DNA of 59,083 bases from IMG/VR virus record IMGVR_UViG_3300042568_000868, positions 1-59,083 of that record; one strand, 5' to 3'. Shown here piece by piece: positions 37,870 to 47,606 of the stretch. Each line of letters starts with the position of its first letter. Positions within the stretch are counted from its first letter, which is position 1. This DNA comes from a virus (taxonomy: Duplodnaviria; Caudoviricetes). Under the pieces are notes generated by a model, which worked only from the letters and a program-made list of their open reading frames with translations, did not search any database and was not told the DNA's origin. A program made the translations under genes and the position numbers.

Positions 37870-38265
37870 ATGAAAAATATAGTAAAATTAATAGTGCTAA
37901 TACTTTTTATGTGTGTACCGCAAACATACGCAGAAAAGAATATCAAGCTATACAAGGCTTTTGAGTTTAAAGACATGGAGAACTGTGAATATATTCCTGA
38001 ATTCAAACAATGCAATCTGCTGCTTGAATATGATGTAGGGAATCATACATTCACGACATATTTGTCGAAACACAATATAGTAATAAGTAATTTCACTCAC
38101 ATTCGCTCATACAAGAAAAATGATATAACCTATTCAGATTATTATGGTGATTTGCCAGATGGGCAAAAACAATTCATAACATTTGCTCGGGTGGAAGATT
38201 CGCGGAACAAATATATAATATTATTTGATAACGATTGTTCGAATATCATATTGAGAGTAGAATAA
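37870..38265 (+). CDS. Secreted hypothetical protein
   Basis: Signal peptide-like N-terminus. Confidence 0.6.
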   Translation: MKNIVKLIVLILFMCVPQTYAEKNIKLYKAFEFKDMENCEYIPEFKQCNLLLEYDVGNHTFTTYLSKHNIVISNFTHIRSYKKNDITYSDYYGDLPDGQKQFITFARVEDSRNKYIILFDNDCSNIILRVE

Positions 38266-38333
38266 CATACGGCCCGTTAGGCTGTTTCATGGACGAACAA
38301 GACCGGGCTAGCATCATGCCCGCACCTCCACCA
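38266..38333 (+). ncRNA. ssrA: Permuted tmRNA, acceptor (3') piece
   Basis: GAC-CGGGC-loop-GCCCG T arm then CACCTCC-A-CCA; complementary to GGGGGTG at 38419. Confidence 0.75.
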
Positions 38334-38337
38334 AAAC

Positions 38338-38410
38338 TACTATTTAGCTCAGTTGGTAGAGCATCCGCAGTAGGGGAGTGTCACCAGTTCGAATCTGGTA
38401 ATGGTAGCCA
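38338..38410 (+). tRNA. tRNA-like gene with shortened anticodon arm, in tmRNA intervening segment
   Basis: TACTATT/AATGGTA acceptor + GCCA, canonical D arm (GCTCAGTTGGTAGAGC) and T arm (ACCAG-TTCGAAT-CTGGT); anticodon arm only 14 nt, lacks U33. Confidence 0.7.
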
Positions 38411-38418
38411 CGCAATAA

Positions 38419-38577
38419 GGGGGTGAACAGAATTGATTGGCGTCAGGAGTGATTCAGATAGGACTGTGTACAACGATAAATGGCAACATTATCACAATCA
38501 GAAACTACGTAGGTCAAGTAGCCTAAAAGTTTCGCCCCAGTACGGTTTGCCGTGGCCTTCGATGAGCGCTGGGGACC
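38419..38577 (+). ncRNA. ssrA: Permuted tmRNA, coding (5') piece with tag (A)GNIITIRNYVGQVA
   Basis: GGGGGTGAACAGAATTGA 5' end; resume context ATAAAT-GGC at 38482; stop at 38524-38526; closing CCCCAG/CTGGGG hairpin. Confidence 0.75.
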
Positions 38578-38597
38578 TAATTTTAATCAGTAAAATT

Positions 38598-38951
38598 ATG
38601 ATACAAGTAATTTTAGCATTGTCAATAATTCACATATTAACCGCAATAATGTGTGCTATACTATTGACAGACATTGATGAATATGTATATTTAAATCTGA
38701 GAGATCAGAAAAATACATTTGGAACTCAAATTAGACTATCAAAGGAACTAGTTAGAAAAACATTTGGATTAAAGAGATTAACATATACATCATTCATTCC
38801 AATAATAAACATCATAGTATTGTATAAATCATTTAAATTTATATTCTCTATGCATAATCGTATGGAGATAGCAAGAGATATTGTTTCAGTTGGAAAGTCT
38901 CCATTGTCAAATTTTGTTAGAAAAATAAAGAAAACATGCAAAGCATTGTAA
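38598..38951 (+). CDS. Membrane protein
   Basis: ATG at 38598; two hydrophobic segments, FIPIINII motif; upstream extension in the ORF track overlaps tmRNA. Confidence 0.6.
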   Translation: MIQVILALSIIHILTAIMCAILLTDIDEYVYLNLRDQKNTFGTQIRLSKELVRKTFGLKRLTYTSFIPIINIIVLYKSFKFIFSMHNRMEIARDIVSVGKSPLSNFVRKIKKTCKAL

Positions 38952-39397
38952 CTTTAAAATGGTTTGATAGAGAAGTTCTATGTGAATTGATTAAAAGTCA
39001 AGGCAATACAACTATCATAAGAACAAACGAGAAAATAGACGAAAAGAAATGCATGTTTAATTGGGTTCCATCATCAATCTATCAAAAGAGAATAGAAGGA
39101 TTCCAATGTTACAAAGTGATTCCAGTAGTCTTTGAATCAAATATATCTAGTCCTGCTCAGGAAGAGATAGATTGGATTAAAAACAAAGTACTAACAACTA
39201 ATTCTGAATCAATATCAGACATGACTATGTTAGTAAATCTATCTATATTTGAATCTAAATTAAATAAGAAGCTTCACAGCTACTTTGTAAAGAAAATCAT
39301 ATTCGATACCGCAAACGAATTGAAAGAATTAATTGCAGAACAAAATAGAAAGAGAGAAGAATTAATAGAGTTTCAACTAAATCAATTACCTTTTTAA
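38936..39397 (+). CDS. Hypothetical protein
   Basis: ORF in operon, ends QLPF. Confidence 0.6.
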   Translation: MQSIVTLKWFDREVLCELIKSQGNTTIIRTNEKIDEKKCMFNWVPSSIYQKRIEGFQCYKVIPVVFESNISSPAQEEIDWIKNKVLTTNSESISDMTMLVNLSIFESKLNKKLHSYFVKKIIFDTANELKELIAEQNRKREELIEFQLNQLPF

Positions 39398-39398
39398 G

Positions 39399-39725
39399 AT
39401 GAATTGGAATTTAGACTGGGAAAGAGACAATAAATACAAGAGAATGAGACTTGCTAAAGCCTTATCTCCATCTTGTATCCCATTGAGTTACAATGAACTA
39501 GTATTAACTACTAGAAAGAAGAATCCTTGCGAATACATGTTGAATGCTGTTAAGTGTATCAAAAAACGCTTAAGTATTTCATATGGATTGACAAAAGATT
39601 CCTTCTTAGAGCTTATGACATCAAGCTACTTTAAGGTAGAAGACTATCAAATCGAGCTAAAAAAGGCAGGAGATTTAGATAGTGGATGGTGTTTCATGAT
39701 AAGAGGGTATTATTTAACACCTTAG
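39399..39725 (+). CDS. Hypothetical protein
   Basis: ORF in operon. Confidence 0.6.
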   Translation: MNWNLDWERDNKYKRMRLAKALSPSCIPLSYNELVLTTRKKNPCEYMLNAVKCIKKRLSISYGLTKDSFLELMTSSYFKVEDYQIELKKAGDLDSGWCFMIRGYYLTP

Positions 39726-39730
39726 AATAA

Positions 39731-39877
39731 ATGAAAGTTTGTAAAGAACAGTCTAGTTGGTTTTGCTCCGGACCATACTGTAAGACTTGCCTTTTTGGAG
39801 TATTGGATTCAAGTAATAATTCTAAAATAATTATTGATGAAGAAGAAGAATATCGCCTTAGTGACGCGCAACACTAG
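39731..39877 (+). CDS. 48-aa four-Cys microprotein
   Basis: Manual translation MKVCKEQSSWFCSGPYCKTCLF...EEEE. Confidence 0.5.
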   Translation: MKVCKEQSSWFCSGPYCKTCLFGVLDSSNNSKIIIDEEEEYRLSDAQH

Positions 39878-39973
39878 ATTTATTATCGTCAAATGGCGGA
39901 TGGAAGAACGATAAGCCATAGATTCTTGGTTGAGTCTATGGTAACAAAGCTATCTAACCTTAATATACATAAT

Positions 39974-40519
39974 ATGAATGTAAAAGAAGAAGTAGAGAAG
40001 GCTAAAAATGGGTCAGAAAAGGCCTTTACTAATCTGTATAATGAATTCCAAAAGGTAATTTATGTAGCGATATACAATATAGTAAAAAACAAAGAAGTCG
40101 CAGAAGACTTAACATCTGAGACATTTATAAAGATTTACAAAAACTTACACAAATACACAAAAGACTTTTCATTTGTTATGTGGGCTAAAACAATTGCAAA
40201 TCATCATGCTATTGATTATATACGTAGCGGTAAGAATCAATACAACACTCAATCACTTGACGATGAGATGGCAAATGTTATAGAGATTTCTGATTATACA
40301 GATCCTGAAACAAGCCTTATAAACAAAGAGATGGCATTACTAGAAAACGATGCCATTAAGTCATTAACCAAAAGAGAGTATGAAATAGTAAAATTAAGAG
40401 AAGAAGAAATTCCATACTCCAAAATAGCGGAGGAACTTGGAGTTAGCATAGGGACTGTAAAGAGTTCTATTCACAATTATCGTAAAAAAATTAAAAAATA
40501 CATAACCAAAAAAGAATGA
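39974..40519 (+). CDS. ECF-type sigma-70 factor
   Basis: Region 2 (AEDLTSETF, WAKTIANHHAIDYIR) and region 4 (IAEELGVSIGTVKS), no region 3. Confidence 0.92.
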   Translation: MNVKEEVEKAKNGSEKAFTNLYNEFQKVIYVAIYNIVKNKEVAEDLTSETFIKIYKNLHKYTKDFSFVMWAKTIANHHAIDYIRSGKNQYNTQSLDDEMANVIEISDYTDPETSLINKEMALLENDAIKSLTKREYEIVKLREEEIPYSKIAEELGVSIGTVKSSIHNYRKKIKKYITKKE

Positions 40520-40523
40520 GTAT

Positions 40524-40922
40524 ATGAAAAAGACAAATCAATTGTCCTCTAGCATTATCAGATTTTTGCTTGAGACGTTTCTTGTTGTTTTATTGGGTGT
40601 GTTTGTTGGAGGAATCCAAGCTACAAATAGCTTAACTGTAATTCGTTCTGAATCCGGAATTTCTTGTGCCAATCACATAGAAAAAGGAACGAAAATTGAA
40701 ACAGTTAAGAAAACTGTAGTTTCTTCAACTAAAGATTGTGTTTGTAATAAAGATGTGTATACACAAGTGTCTCGCAAAAGCCTTGTGATGAATACACTTA
40801 CTTTGTCTAAAATTACAAATAACAATCTTGCTAGCAAATCGACATTGCCGGCAACACCCACTGTTCTAACTGAAAGAGCTCACAGTCCTCCAAGGAGTGA
40901 CAACATAGTTAATACTAGTTAA
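40524..40922 (+). CDS. Membrane-anchored hypothetical protein
   Basis: N-terminal TM helix; directly after sigma. Confidence 0.55.
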   Translation: MKKTNQLSSSIIRFLLETFLVVLLGVFVGGIQATNSLTVIRSESGISCANHIEKGTKIETVKKTVVSSTKDCVCNKDVYTQVSRKSLVMNTLTLSKITNNNLASKSTLPATPTVLTERAHSPPRSDNIVNTS

Positions 40923-40996
40923 GTTAAAATAAAAAAACAAAGAAGAAAAAAGAGAAAGTTAGATTTATCAAAAATTTAAAAAAAGGAGGAATTTAT

Positions 40997-41857
40997 ATGA
41001 ATCTTCAAATGAACATGGATCATATGTTCAAATACCGTGAAATCCTTGTAGCAAAATCAGAGCTTGCAAGGCAGTGTGGAAACCAAAGACAGCTAAATGC
41101 TCTATTGAAGAGTATTACCGCAATAGATGTTATGTTGGAATCCGCTTTAATGGCAACAGTTGATAAATGCATGCCTGAGATTAAGTTTAATCTTGATATG
41201 TTTGATTCAACCAGTTTGCAGTTCTTAATGCCGAATGTGAATATCGCATTATTACCAAAAGACACACAAGTAACCCTAAAATTTGATAGCGAAGATGAAA
41301 CTCTACCCAATGGAGACGAAAAGGCATCTACCGTATCAATCATCGAAGGATTATTGAAAAGCAACTTTACCTCAAATATAGAAACTGCAGTAAATCTGTA
41401 TATTGAGAAAATTGATGCAAGTGCGTCGTTAGCCGAAGCATGGTTATCCATCGTAGCTTTATTTCCCGAAAGAGAAGTATTTAAAGTTTGGCACAATTAT
41501 CTAACATCCATTTTCCGTACGCAAGGACCAATAGTTGCATTTGCATCAGCAAAGAAGCATCTTAAACAATGGGATGATTTAGAAGTAGCCAAGTTTATTG
41601 GAAAGCTAATTGAAGATCGCATTGCAACAGAGCCGTATTCTATTGCCAACGAGCTTCAAAATGCCATGAACCCTACTCAAGCCCAAATCTATGGGTATAT
41701 TGAGGACAAAAAGATTTCTTCTTTGATTGACAAAATGAATCTTGAAAACATTAAATCAAAACAAGAATTCGTCCATCGGGTGGTAGCCTATTGCAATCCT
41801 TCCAAAAGAGAGCAAATAGAAAAGCGCCGGAAGAATTATGTAGAGAAAGGTTATTAA
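40997..41857 (+). CDS. Hypothetical protein
   Basis: 286-aa ORF. Confidence 0.65.
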   Translation: MNLQMNMDHMFKYREILVAKSELARQCGNQRQLNALLKSITAIDVMLESALMATVDKCMPEIKFNLDMFDSTSLQFLMPNVNIALLPKDTQVTLKFDSEDETLPNGDEKASTVSIIEGLLKSNFTSNIETAVNLYIEKIDASASLAEAWLSIVALFPEREVFKVWHNYLTSIFRTQGPIVAFASAKKHLKQWDDLEVAKFIGKLIEDRIATEPYSIANELQNAMNPTQAQIYGYIEDKKISSLIDKMNLENIKSKQEFVHRVVAYCNPSKREQIEKRRKNYVEKGY

Positions 41858-41875
41858 CTATAAATTGAGTGCAAA

Positions 41876-42274
41876 ATGAAAAATATAGTTAAATTTATCT
41901 GGATCCTCTCTATGTTTTGTTTAGGGATGTTTTTCCACACACACGACTTAGTGTCTGTCGAGAACATAAAATACAAAGCGATTTCTACATCTGAGTTAAT
42001 CAACAAAGATGTTCAATGTGTTTCTGACTTACTTAAAGTAAGCAAGGGATATCCTGAAACCACTAAAGCAATTAAACCTGCTCTAGTAAAATGTAAAGAG
42101 ATAAAAACTATTAAATCATCGAACAAGGAACTTGCCGCTACGAGAACCTCTGAGAACACGTTTAATAGAACATCTGAATCTGGAATAGCAACGTCGTTAG
42201 ATGAGCCTGGCTCCAGTGGAATACTTCATATTGATTATACAAAGAATCCTATCGAAGTTGTTTTTACATTTTAA
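41876..42274 (+). CDS. Hypothetical protein with signal/TM segment
   Basis: Hydrophobic N-terminus. Confidence 0.55.
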   Translation: MKNIVKFIWILSMFCLGMFFHTHDLVSVENIKYKAISTSELINKDVQCVSDLLKVSKGYPETTKAIKPALVKCKEIKTIKSSNKELAATRTSENTFNRTSESGIATSLDEPGSSGILHIDYTKNPIEVVFTF

Positions 42275-42286
42275 ATAAAGAAAGTT

Positions 42287-42661
42287 ATGGATAAAGTAAA
42301 AATTGAAATTGCAAGATTAGTTTCTTGCAGAGTAAGAAGGCTCAAGGAAGCATTAATGGAAACAAGGGAATTGCGTTATGTCAAATTATATGGCAGTGAA
42401 AGATACGAATTCAACTTAAGAGAACTCCAAGAAAAGCTCGAGTTTGATATTTTAACATATCAGACAAGAATCAAAAAAAGTCTTTGTTCATTAACTGGAT
42501 ATTCCAGTAAAACAGATCTCGAGATAGAATATTTATCAAAAGAAGATCTTAAATCAGAAACTTTAGATATCTCTAAATTGCAAGATGGGAGTCGCCTCTT
42601 GAATTTGAAAACAGGAGAAATATCTACACAGAGAGCTAGAAATCTGTCTAATCCAAATTAG
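42287..42661 (+). CDS. Hypothetical protein
   Basis: 124-aa ORF. Confidence 0.6.
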   Translation: MDKVKIEIARLVSCRVRRLKEALMETRELRYVKLYGSERYEFNLRELQEKLEFDILTYQTRIKKSLCSLTGYSSKTDLEIEYLSKEDLKSETLDISKLQDGSRLLNLKTGEISTQRARNLSNPN

Positions 42662-44320
42662 CTATACAGATACCTTTTAAAACAGAAAAGGGGTATGTAT
42701 ATAGAGTTAGTTAACATGTATAATCTTTTAATTAGTATATGCTGGCTTGATGATGGATCAATTAAATTTGCCAGATACTAAAAGCGATTGGGAGCTATCG
42801 CTATACAAAATGCTCAAAAATGTAGGTGATACGTGGTTGCAGCCTAGACCGAAAGGGAATATCGTCAAGCAACAACAAGGTGTTTAAGCTTCACTATAGA
42901 AGAAGTAGAATCTATGTCTTAGCTTTTGAACTAAGCAGGAGATTAAGGCGAAGGCCGACATGTTTTTAGACATTCACGCAATATCAATGAGAAGCGGAAA
43001 GGTGTGTCCCTTTCAGAATGTAATAGTATGCTTCACAAGCAGACCATGCACATGGGAAAAAAGTGCAGAATAAATCAGTTCAATTTGAGTTTATTCACAA
43101 TATATTAAATTAGGCGGAAGAATAAACAGGTTTGAAAGAAAACCCCGGCCAGAAGACGACGGTATTTATATGGAAACATGTAAACGAGATTGATCTATTT
43201 AATATAAAATCGCTGCAAAAGTTATATGGTGAAACATTTAATCTAAGCACAATAGGCGATATAATTCAGCTCTCAAGTCTTGGCTTAATTTGGGTTCGAT
43301 TCCCAATATACCTTTAGGTTAAAAGATGCAGACATTCGTCGTTTCGAGATGTTAGACGAAGTAAAATAAGGAACATCCAGGCATCGCTGTGTTGTAGTGG
43401 CCTAAAACTACTGATGGACATTCTAGTAATAAAAGCTAGAGAACCTGAGAATCGGGGTATAACGATAGTCTTAACCCTAAACCAACGTCCCTTAATTCAC
43501 TATTCGACGAGACAGAAATGTGATATATCAGATACTATCCTACCGGCGATAAAACGTATCGCTTTAGCATAAAAGTAGTGTATTACTGTCTATAATATGC
43601 GAAAAGAACTGAAACAGTTCAATGCTTCTCAATAGTGGAAGGTCAACCACTCAAAAACCTTATTTAGAGGTCCCCTAATGAGCGCAAGTGATGATTAGGT
43701 ACTCTACTCCAATAAACAAATTCTAGACCCTTAGCGGGGCGCTAAATGCGTCGAAACTAAGCCTACATTAGCTCGATCAAGTGATTACTAATGCGGTACA
43801 CAAGCTAGATTACAAAACTCAACCCAGGTGTAAGCCCTGGCATAGGAACTTCAGAAAACTATCTCCTCATTAGAGACAGGAATTGATACAAAGTTCGTTG
43901 TTTTACCAAAGTTTTATCTTTTTTCCAAACAAAAAAGTATATGCAAAAACATATGTCTCTTTAATTCTATTTCAATATATTGCTATTAGTGTATTTGAAT
44001 CGAAGTTATGACTCGACAGTTGTTCGATAGATTGTAAAGATAATAATGTGATAGAGCCACATATTACTTGGACAATATATGTTTTAGCATCCCAATTATA
44101 TAAATATGGACTGCATTGGCGTAAACCCAAATCGTTATCGTAAATAACGTGTCTATTTAAAAACAACAGAATTCTTTAAATGTAAGACGATAGTTAAGTT
44201 AACCCCGCATGGTGAACATTACGTCCTGTTAAAAGAAAGTATAGTAAAAAGATTTACTGTACGTAGACGCTCAAAAAATTCTACAATAAGTTTTATCGTA
44301 AGAGTTTAGTAGACTACAAA
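42662..44320 (+). ncRNA. Candidate large structured non-coding RNA (~1.7-kb gene-free tract)
   Basis: Many local hairpins, nested long-range complementarities and an internal T-arm; strand inferred from loop motifs and flanking genes. Confidence 0.55.
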
Positions 44321-44365
44321 AAGAGAAAATAAAATAGTTTTTTAATCAATAAAAAATATAAAGTT

Positions 44366-44836
44366 ATGAGCAAAAATAAAATGAAAAATTTCCAAGGTTT
44401 ATTTGGAGGCGCAATTCACTCTATCGTAAGTACTTCAGTTGACGCAGGATACCGGGCTAAGTCCGATGAAGAAAAAATCAATGTACAAGCTAAATTGTAC
44501 ACAGTAAAAACTGTAAACGTAAACAGCTTGAAGCTTGCAAAAGCAGAAGGTGGTGTTGACGTTGTTATCGTTAACGGAGGCGAAGAAGGCCTAACTTTAC
44601 CATGTACCCATGAATTTGTTACCAAAGCCGATCAAGTTGCCACATCTACTGATGGTGTAACTGGAAAATGGTTTGGAGAATATGCCGTTTGTGCAGATTT
44701 CTGCAATGCAATGAATGGAGCTGAAAAAGCTCGACTAGAAAAGATCATGAAAGATCTTCAAGGACAAATCGGCTGTTTGACTGATGTAATTTCTGCAAAC
44801 AACCAAAAACGCGAAGTATATAACTTCGAAGACTAA
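44366..44836 (+). CDS. Hypothetical protein
   Basis: 156-aa ORF with A-rich leader. Confidence 0.7.
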   Translation: MSKNKMKNFQGLFGGAIHSIVSTSVDAGYRAKSDEEKINVQAKLYTVKTVNVNSLKLAKAEGGVDVVIVNGGEEGLTLPCTHEFVTKADQVATSTDGVTGKWFGEYAVCADFCNAMNGAEKARLEKIMKDLQGQIGCLTDVISANNQKREVYNFED

Positions 44837-44844
44837 TACTTGCC

Positions 44845-45387
44845 ATGAGAGTAAAATTGGATCGGTACGACAAGTTGAGACTAGCCGAGCTAGTTGACTC
44901 TTGTCTTACCATAACCAACGACTACACAATTAGTAGTAGTGGTGAAGTAGATTACTCTGAACAAGGTCTGGTAATGAGAGTCATAAAAGGCGTGGAAGCG
45001 TCTAAAATGGATTTCCTTACAGTAGTACATAATGTATCCGAATCAATCATGGGTAGAGTTAATTTAAATGATTACTCTAAATTCCTATGTGGTAAAGCAC
45101 TTGGAATTTTGATTGATACAAATAACAGACCAGAAGTAATCAAATGTCTTTATGCAGCCTTTCTGCTTAAGGACAATCTGCTTGCAACACCAAATGGACG
45201 TGGAAATGCCAGCCAAGGTCCACTAAAAATAGATAAAATAGAAAAGGTGACTAGAACGGAAATCGTACCGGCAAAATTTGAAAAGATTCCTACTAGTAAT
45301 GACCTTGCTCGAAATTTATCTAAAGATGTTGCAAATATCTTGAACAACGAACTCGAAAGAGGCTCTATTATCGTAATTAATGAATAA
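44845..45387 (+). CDS. Hypothetical protein
   Basis: 180-aa ORF. Confidence 0.65.
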   Translation: MRVKLDRYDKLRLAELVDSCLTITNDYTISSSGEVDYSEQGLVMRVIKGVEASKMDFLTVVHNVSESIMGRVNLNDYSKFLCGKALGILIDTNNRPEVIKCLYAAFLLKDNLLATPNGRGNASQGPLKIDKIEKVTRTEIVPAKFEKIPTSNDLARNLSKDVANILNNELERGSIIVINE

Positions 45388-45610
45388 AAGCATAAATCAA
45401 TAATATATTTTATTTAATCTAGAGAATTCAGCTAGAGTAACATCCTAATTGATATTTGTGTATAGTTGGAGTAACATCGTAATACTATATACATGTCGAA
45501 ATATCAGGCTATGTTTTCTTGAAATTGAATTTTAAATATATTATTGGTTGAAAAAAAAATATTAATATAGGAGAGGGGTAACACCCTTTCCTATATCTAA
45601 TAATATGTAA

Positions 45611-45645
45611 ATGGTTATTGTAGGTTCGATTCCTACTATCATACA
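45611..45645 (+). ncRNA. tRNA minihelix-like element
   Basis: GTAGG-TTCGATT-CCTAC T arm flanked by ATGGT/ATCAT stem and ACA. Confidence 0.4.
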
Positions 45646-45710
45646 CGGGAAGATTAAGATTTCTGGTTGAACAATTAAAAAAAGTATCAATCTTAAATAA
45701 TAATCAATAT

Positions 45711-46187
45711 ATGCAAAACATTTTTAACAAACTTACAGTAAAAAAGAATTTCACTCCAACACAATTGATCGAAAAACGCGAATCTCTAATTGAAGATATC
45801 AAACGCGAATGGAAACGAATCCTATCTTTCAATGTAGTTACCAACGGTACAAAACAAGTGTTTGACTTGAAAGCTGTATATAAACAAATTAAATCATTTG
45901 AAGCTGATTTAATCGACATTAAAGTATCTATCCAGGCTGTGAATATGGGATTAACCTCTCTATCTCAAATGCCTAAAGAAAGCTCCTATCCATCAATCTT
46001 CATCTTATCTCAATTGAAAGAGCATAAGTTGAAATTGCAAAAAATTCCTACAAAAAAAGAGGAAGGAGAATCAGTAGTTTTCACTCGAAAATTCATTGAT
46101 GAAGAAGTAGGAAAAATTGACGCACAAATCAAGAAAATTGAAAAAGAACTTGCAGATTACAATTCAGAAATCGTTTTTACAGTCTAA
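45711..46187 (+). CDS. Hypothetical coiled-coil protein
   Basis: 158-aa helical ORF. Confidence 0.65.
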   Translation: MQNIFNKLTVKKNFTPTQLIEKRESLIEDIKREWKRILSFNVVTNGTKQVFDLKAVYKQIKSFEADLIDIKVSIQAVNMGLTSLSQMPKESSYPSIFILSQLKEHKLKLQKIPTKKEEGESVVFTRKFIDEEVGKIDAQIKKIEKELADYNSEIVFTV

Positions 46188-46190
46188 CGT

Positions 46191-46913
46191 ATGGTTATAT
46201 TATTAGAAAACAAAGTTTTACCATGGGAATGTGAAGTTCTCACGTATAAATTGCACGAGAAATTAACAAACTCGATTATATTCGTAAATGCCCAGATGCC
46301 ATTATTTGATTTGGTATGTAAAGACAGACGAGACAGCTCCAAACGAGTTATTCAAAACAAGCTGCGAGGTGATTCATTTTGTGATTACGTTACAGATGAA
46401 GAACTCAAAGAAAAAGGCGTATCTGTTGCAAGAGAACGAATATACGAGCAACTTACTCGACGAATGAACGAATATGGATTCTATGACGATCTTGAGACTA
46501 ATAGTGTAACATCTAAAAGCCCAATATTCATAGTGTCTAATCTTGACGACAAACTAAAGAATGAATTCACTGACTCATTTAGTAATACATACATACTTAA
46601 TAAGGAGGAAGGGAAATACACTATTGAGAGTTTTCTTGAAAGTAGTGATATTCTTTCATGTTTAAGTGGGATGCTAAATGAAGGGACTGAGGTTATTCAA
46701 AATGAAGATGACTTGCTGGCCTTTATTGAAGAAAAGAAGGCAGAAAAAGCCAAGTTAGATGCAAATAAGTCTTTAATCGAAGACGAAGAGCATCAAAACT
46801 TATCAGAGCATCTTGACAGACTGGCGCATACAGAGATTTTTGATTTCGGACTTGCAGAGCCGCCAACTGATAGAGCTGTTGATTTTCAAGAGCTCGTAAT
46901 GAATGCTGCATAA
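46191..46913 (+). CDS. Hypothetical protein
   Basis: 240-aa acidic ORF. Confidence 0.65.
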   Translation: MVILLENKVLPWECEVLTYKLHEKLTNSIIFVNAQMPLFDLVCKDRRDSSKRVIQNKLRGDSFCDYVTDEELKEKGVSVARERIYEQLTRRMNEYGFYDDLETNSVTSKSPIFIVSNLDDKLKNEFTDSFSNTYILNKEEGKYTIESFLESSDILSCLSGMLNEGTEVIQNEDDLLAFIEEKKAEKAKLDANKSLIEDEEHQNLSEHLDRLAHTEIFDFGLAEPPTDRAVDFQELVMNAA

Positions 46914-46926
46914 AAACAAAAAAAAA

Positions 46927-46984
46927 TAGGAATGATGGTGAAGTCGCTTAATAGCGAACTGGGTTCAATCCCCAGATTCTAACA
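46927..46984 (+). ncRNA. Truncated tRNA-like element
   Basis: GGAAT/ATTCT stem, TCGC-TTAATA-GCGA hairpin, CTGGG-TTCAATC-CCCAG T arm. Confidence 0.45.
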
Positions 46985-47045
46985 AAACAAATCCTTTCAG
47001 ATAATATCACATAGAAATTTTTAAACTTTAAAGTAATAAAAACCT

Positions 47046-47606
47046 ATGCTGATAGAATTGGATTTAGATGAGGCGAAACGCCTTAAACTAACAATTAATC
47101 AGTTTTTATTGATTAAACTACTAATAGACAAGATCGATATCAAATCGTTGCTGGATGTTATCCCCATCAGCGAGAATGACGTTAGTATTTTAATTGAAAA
47201 AGATGTATTGACAAAAGAGTCTCTTGGCAGAGATATAAACAAAGTCGAACTAAGCGAAAGAATACTCGGAGAGATAAATCAAAGAGACTATTTTATGGAA
47301 TTTTATAACCTATATCCTATATCAGTTACAAGAACTGACAATAGGAAGGACTACTTAAGATCTGACATGTCTAGATGTAGAAGGTATTATGAAAAGGAAA
47401 TAGGAAATAGCTTAGCAAAACATGAACATATGATGAATTGTCTTAGATTCGAAACAGAGTTGAGAAGAAGAGAAAATTCAATGGGGTTCATGAAACGAAT
47501 GAGCAAATGGCTTATGTCTGAAGAATGGCTAATATACAATGATGCTATGCAAGAAAACTCAGGCAAGAAAGAAGAAAGATATCAGTATGGAACAGACATC
47601 GAGTAA
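47046..47606 (+). CDS. Putative replication protein upstream of helicase
   Basis: FMEFYNLYP, M..WL...W motifs; overlaps helicase start. Confidence 0.55.
   Translation: MLIELDLDEAKRLKLTINQFLLIKLLIDKIDIKSLLDVIPISENDVSILIEKDVLTKESLGRDINKVELSERILGEINQRDYFMEFYNLYPISVTRTDNRKDYLRSDMSRCRRYYEKEIGNSLAKHEHMMNCLRFETELRRRENSMGFMKRMSKWLMSEEWLIYNDAMQENSGKKEERYQYGTDIE

Noticed and set aside
38235-38597. ORF 38235..38426 and N-terminal extension of ORF 38433..38951
   Set aside because: They overlap the tmRNA pieces and tRNA-like gene; a better ATG is at 38598
43823-43840. Twister-like GGTGTAAGCCC hairpin (also CGGTAAGCCCG near 57526)
   Set aside because: Could not place the remaining twister stems, cleavage site and both pseudoknots
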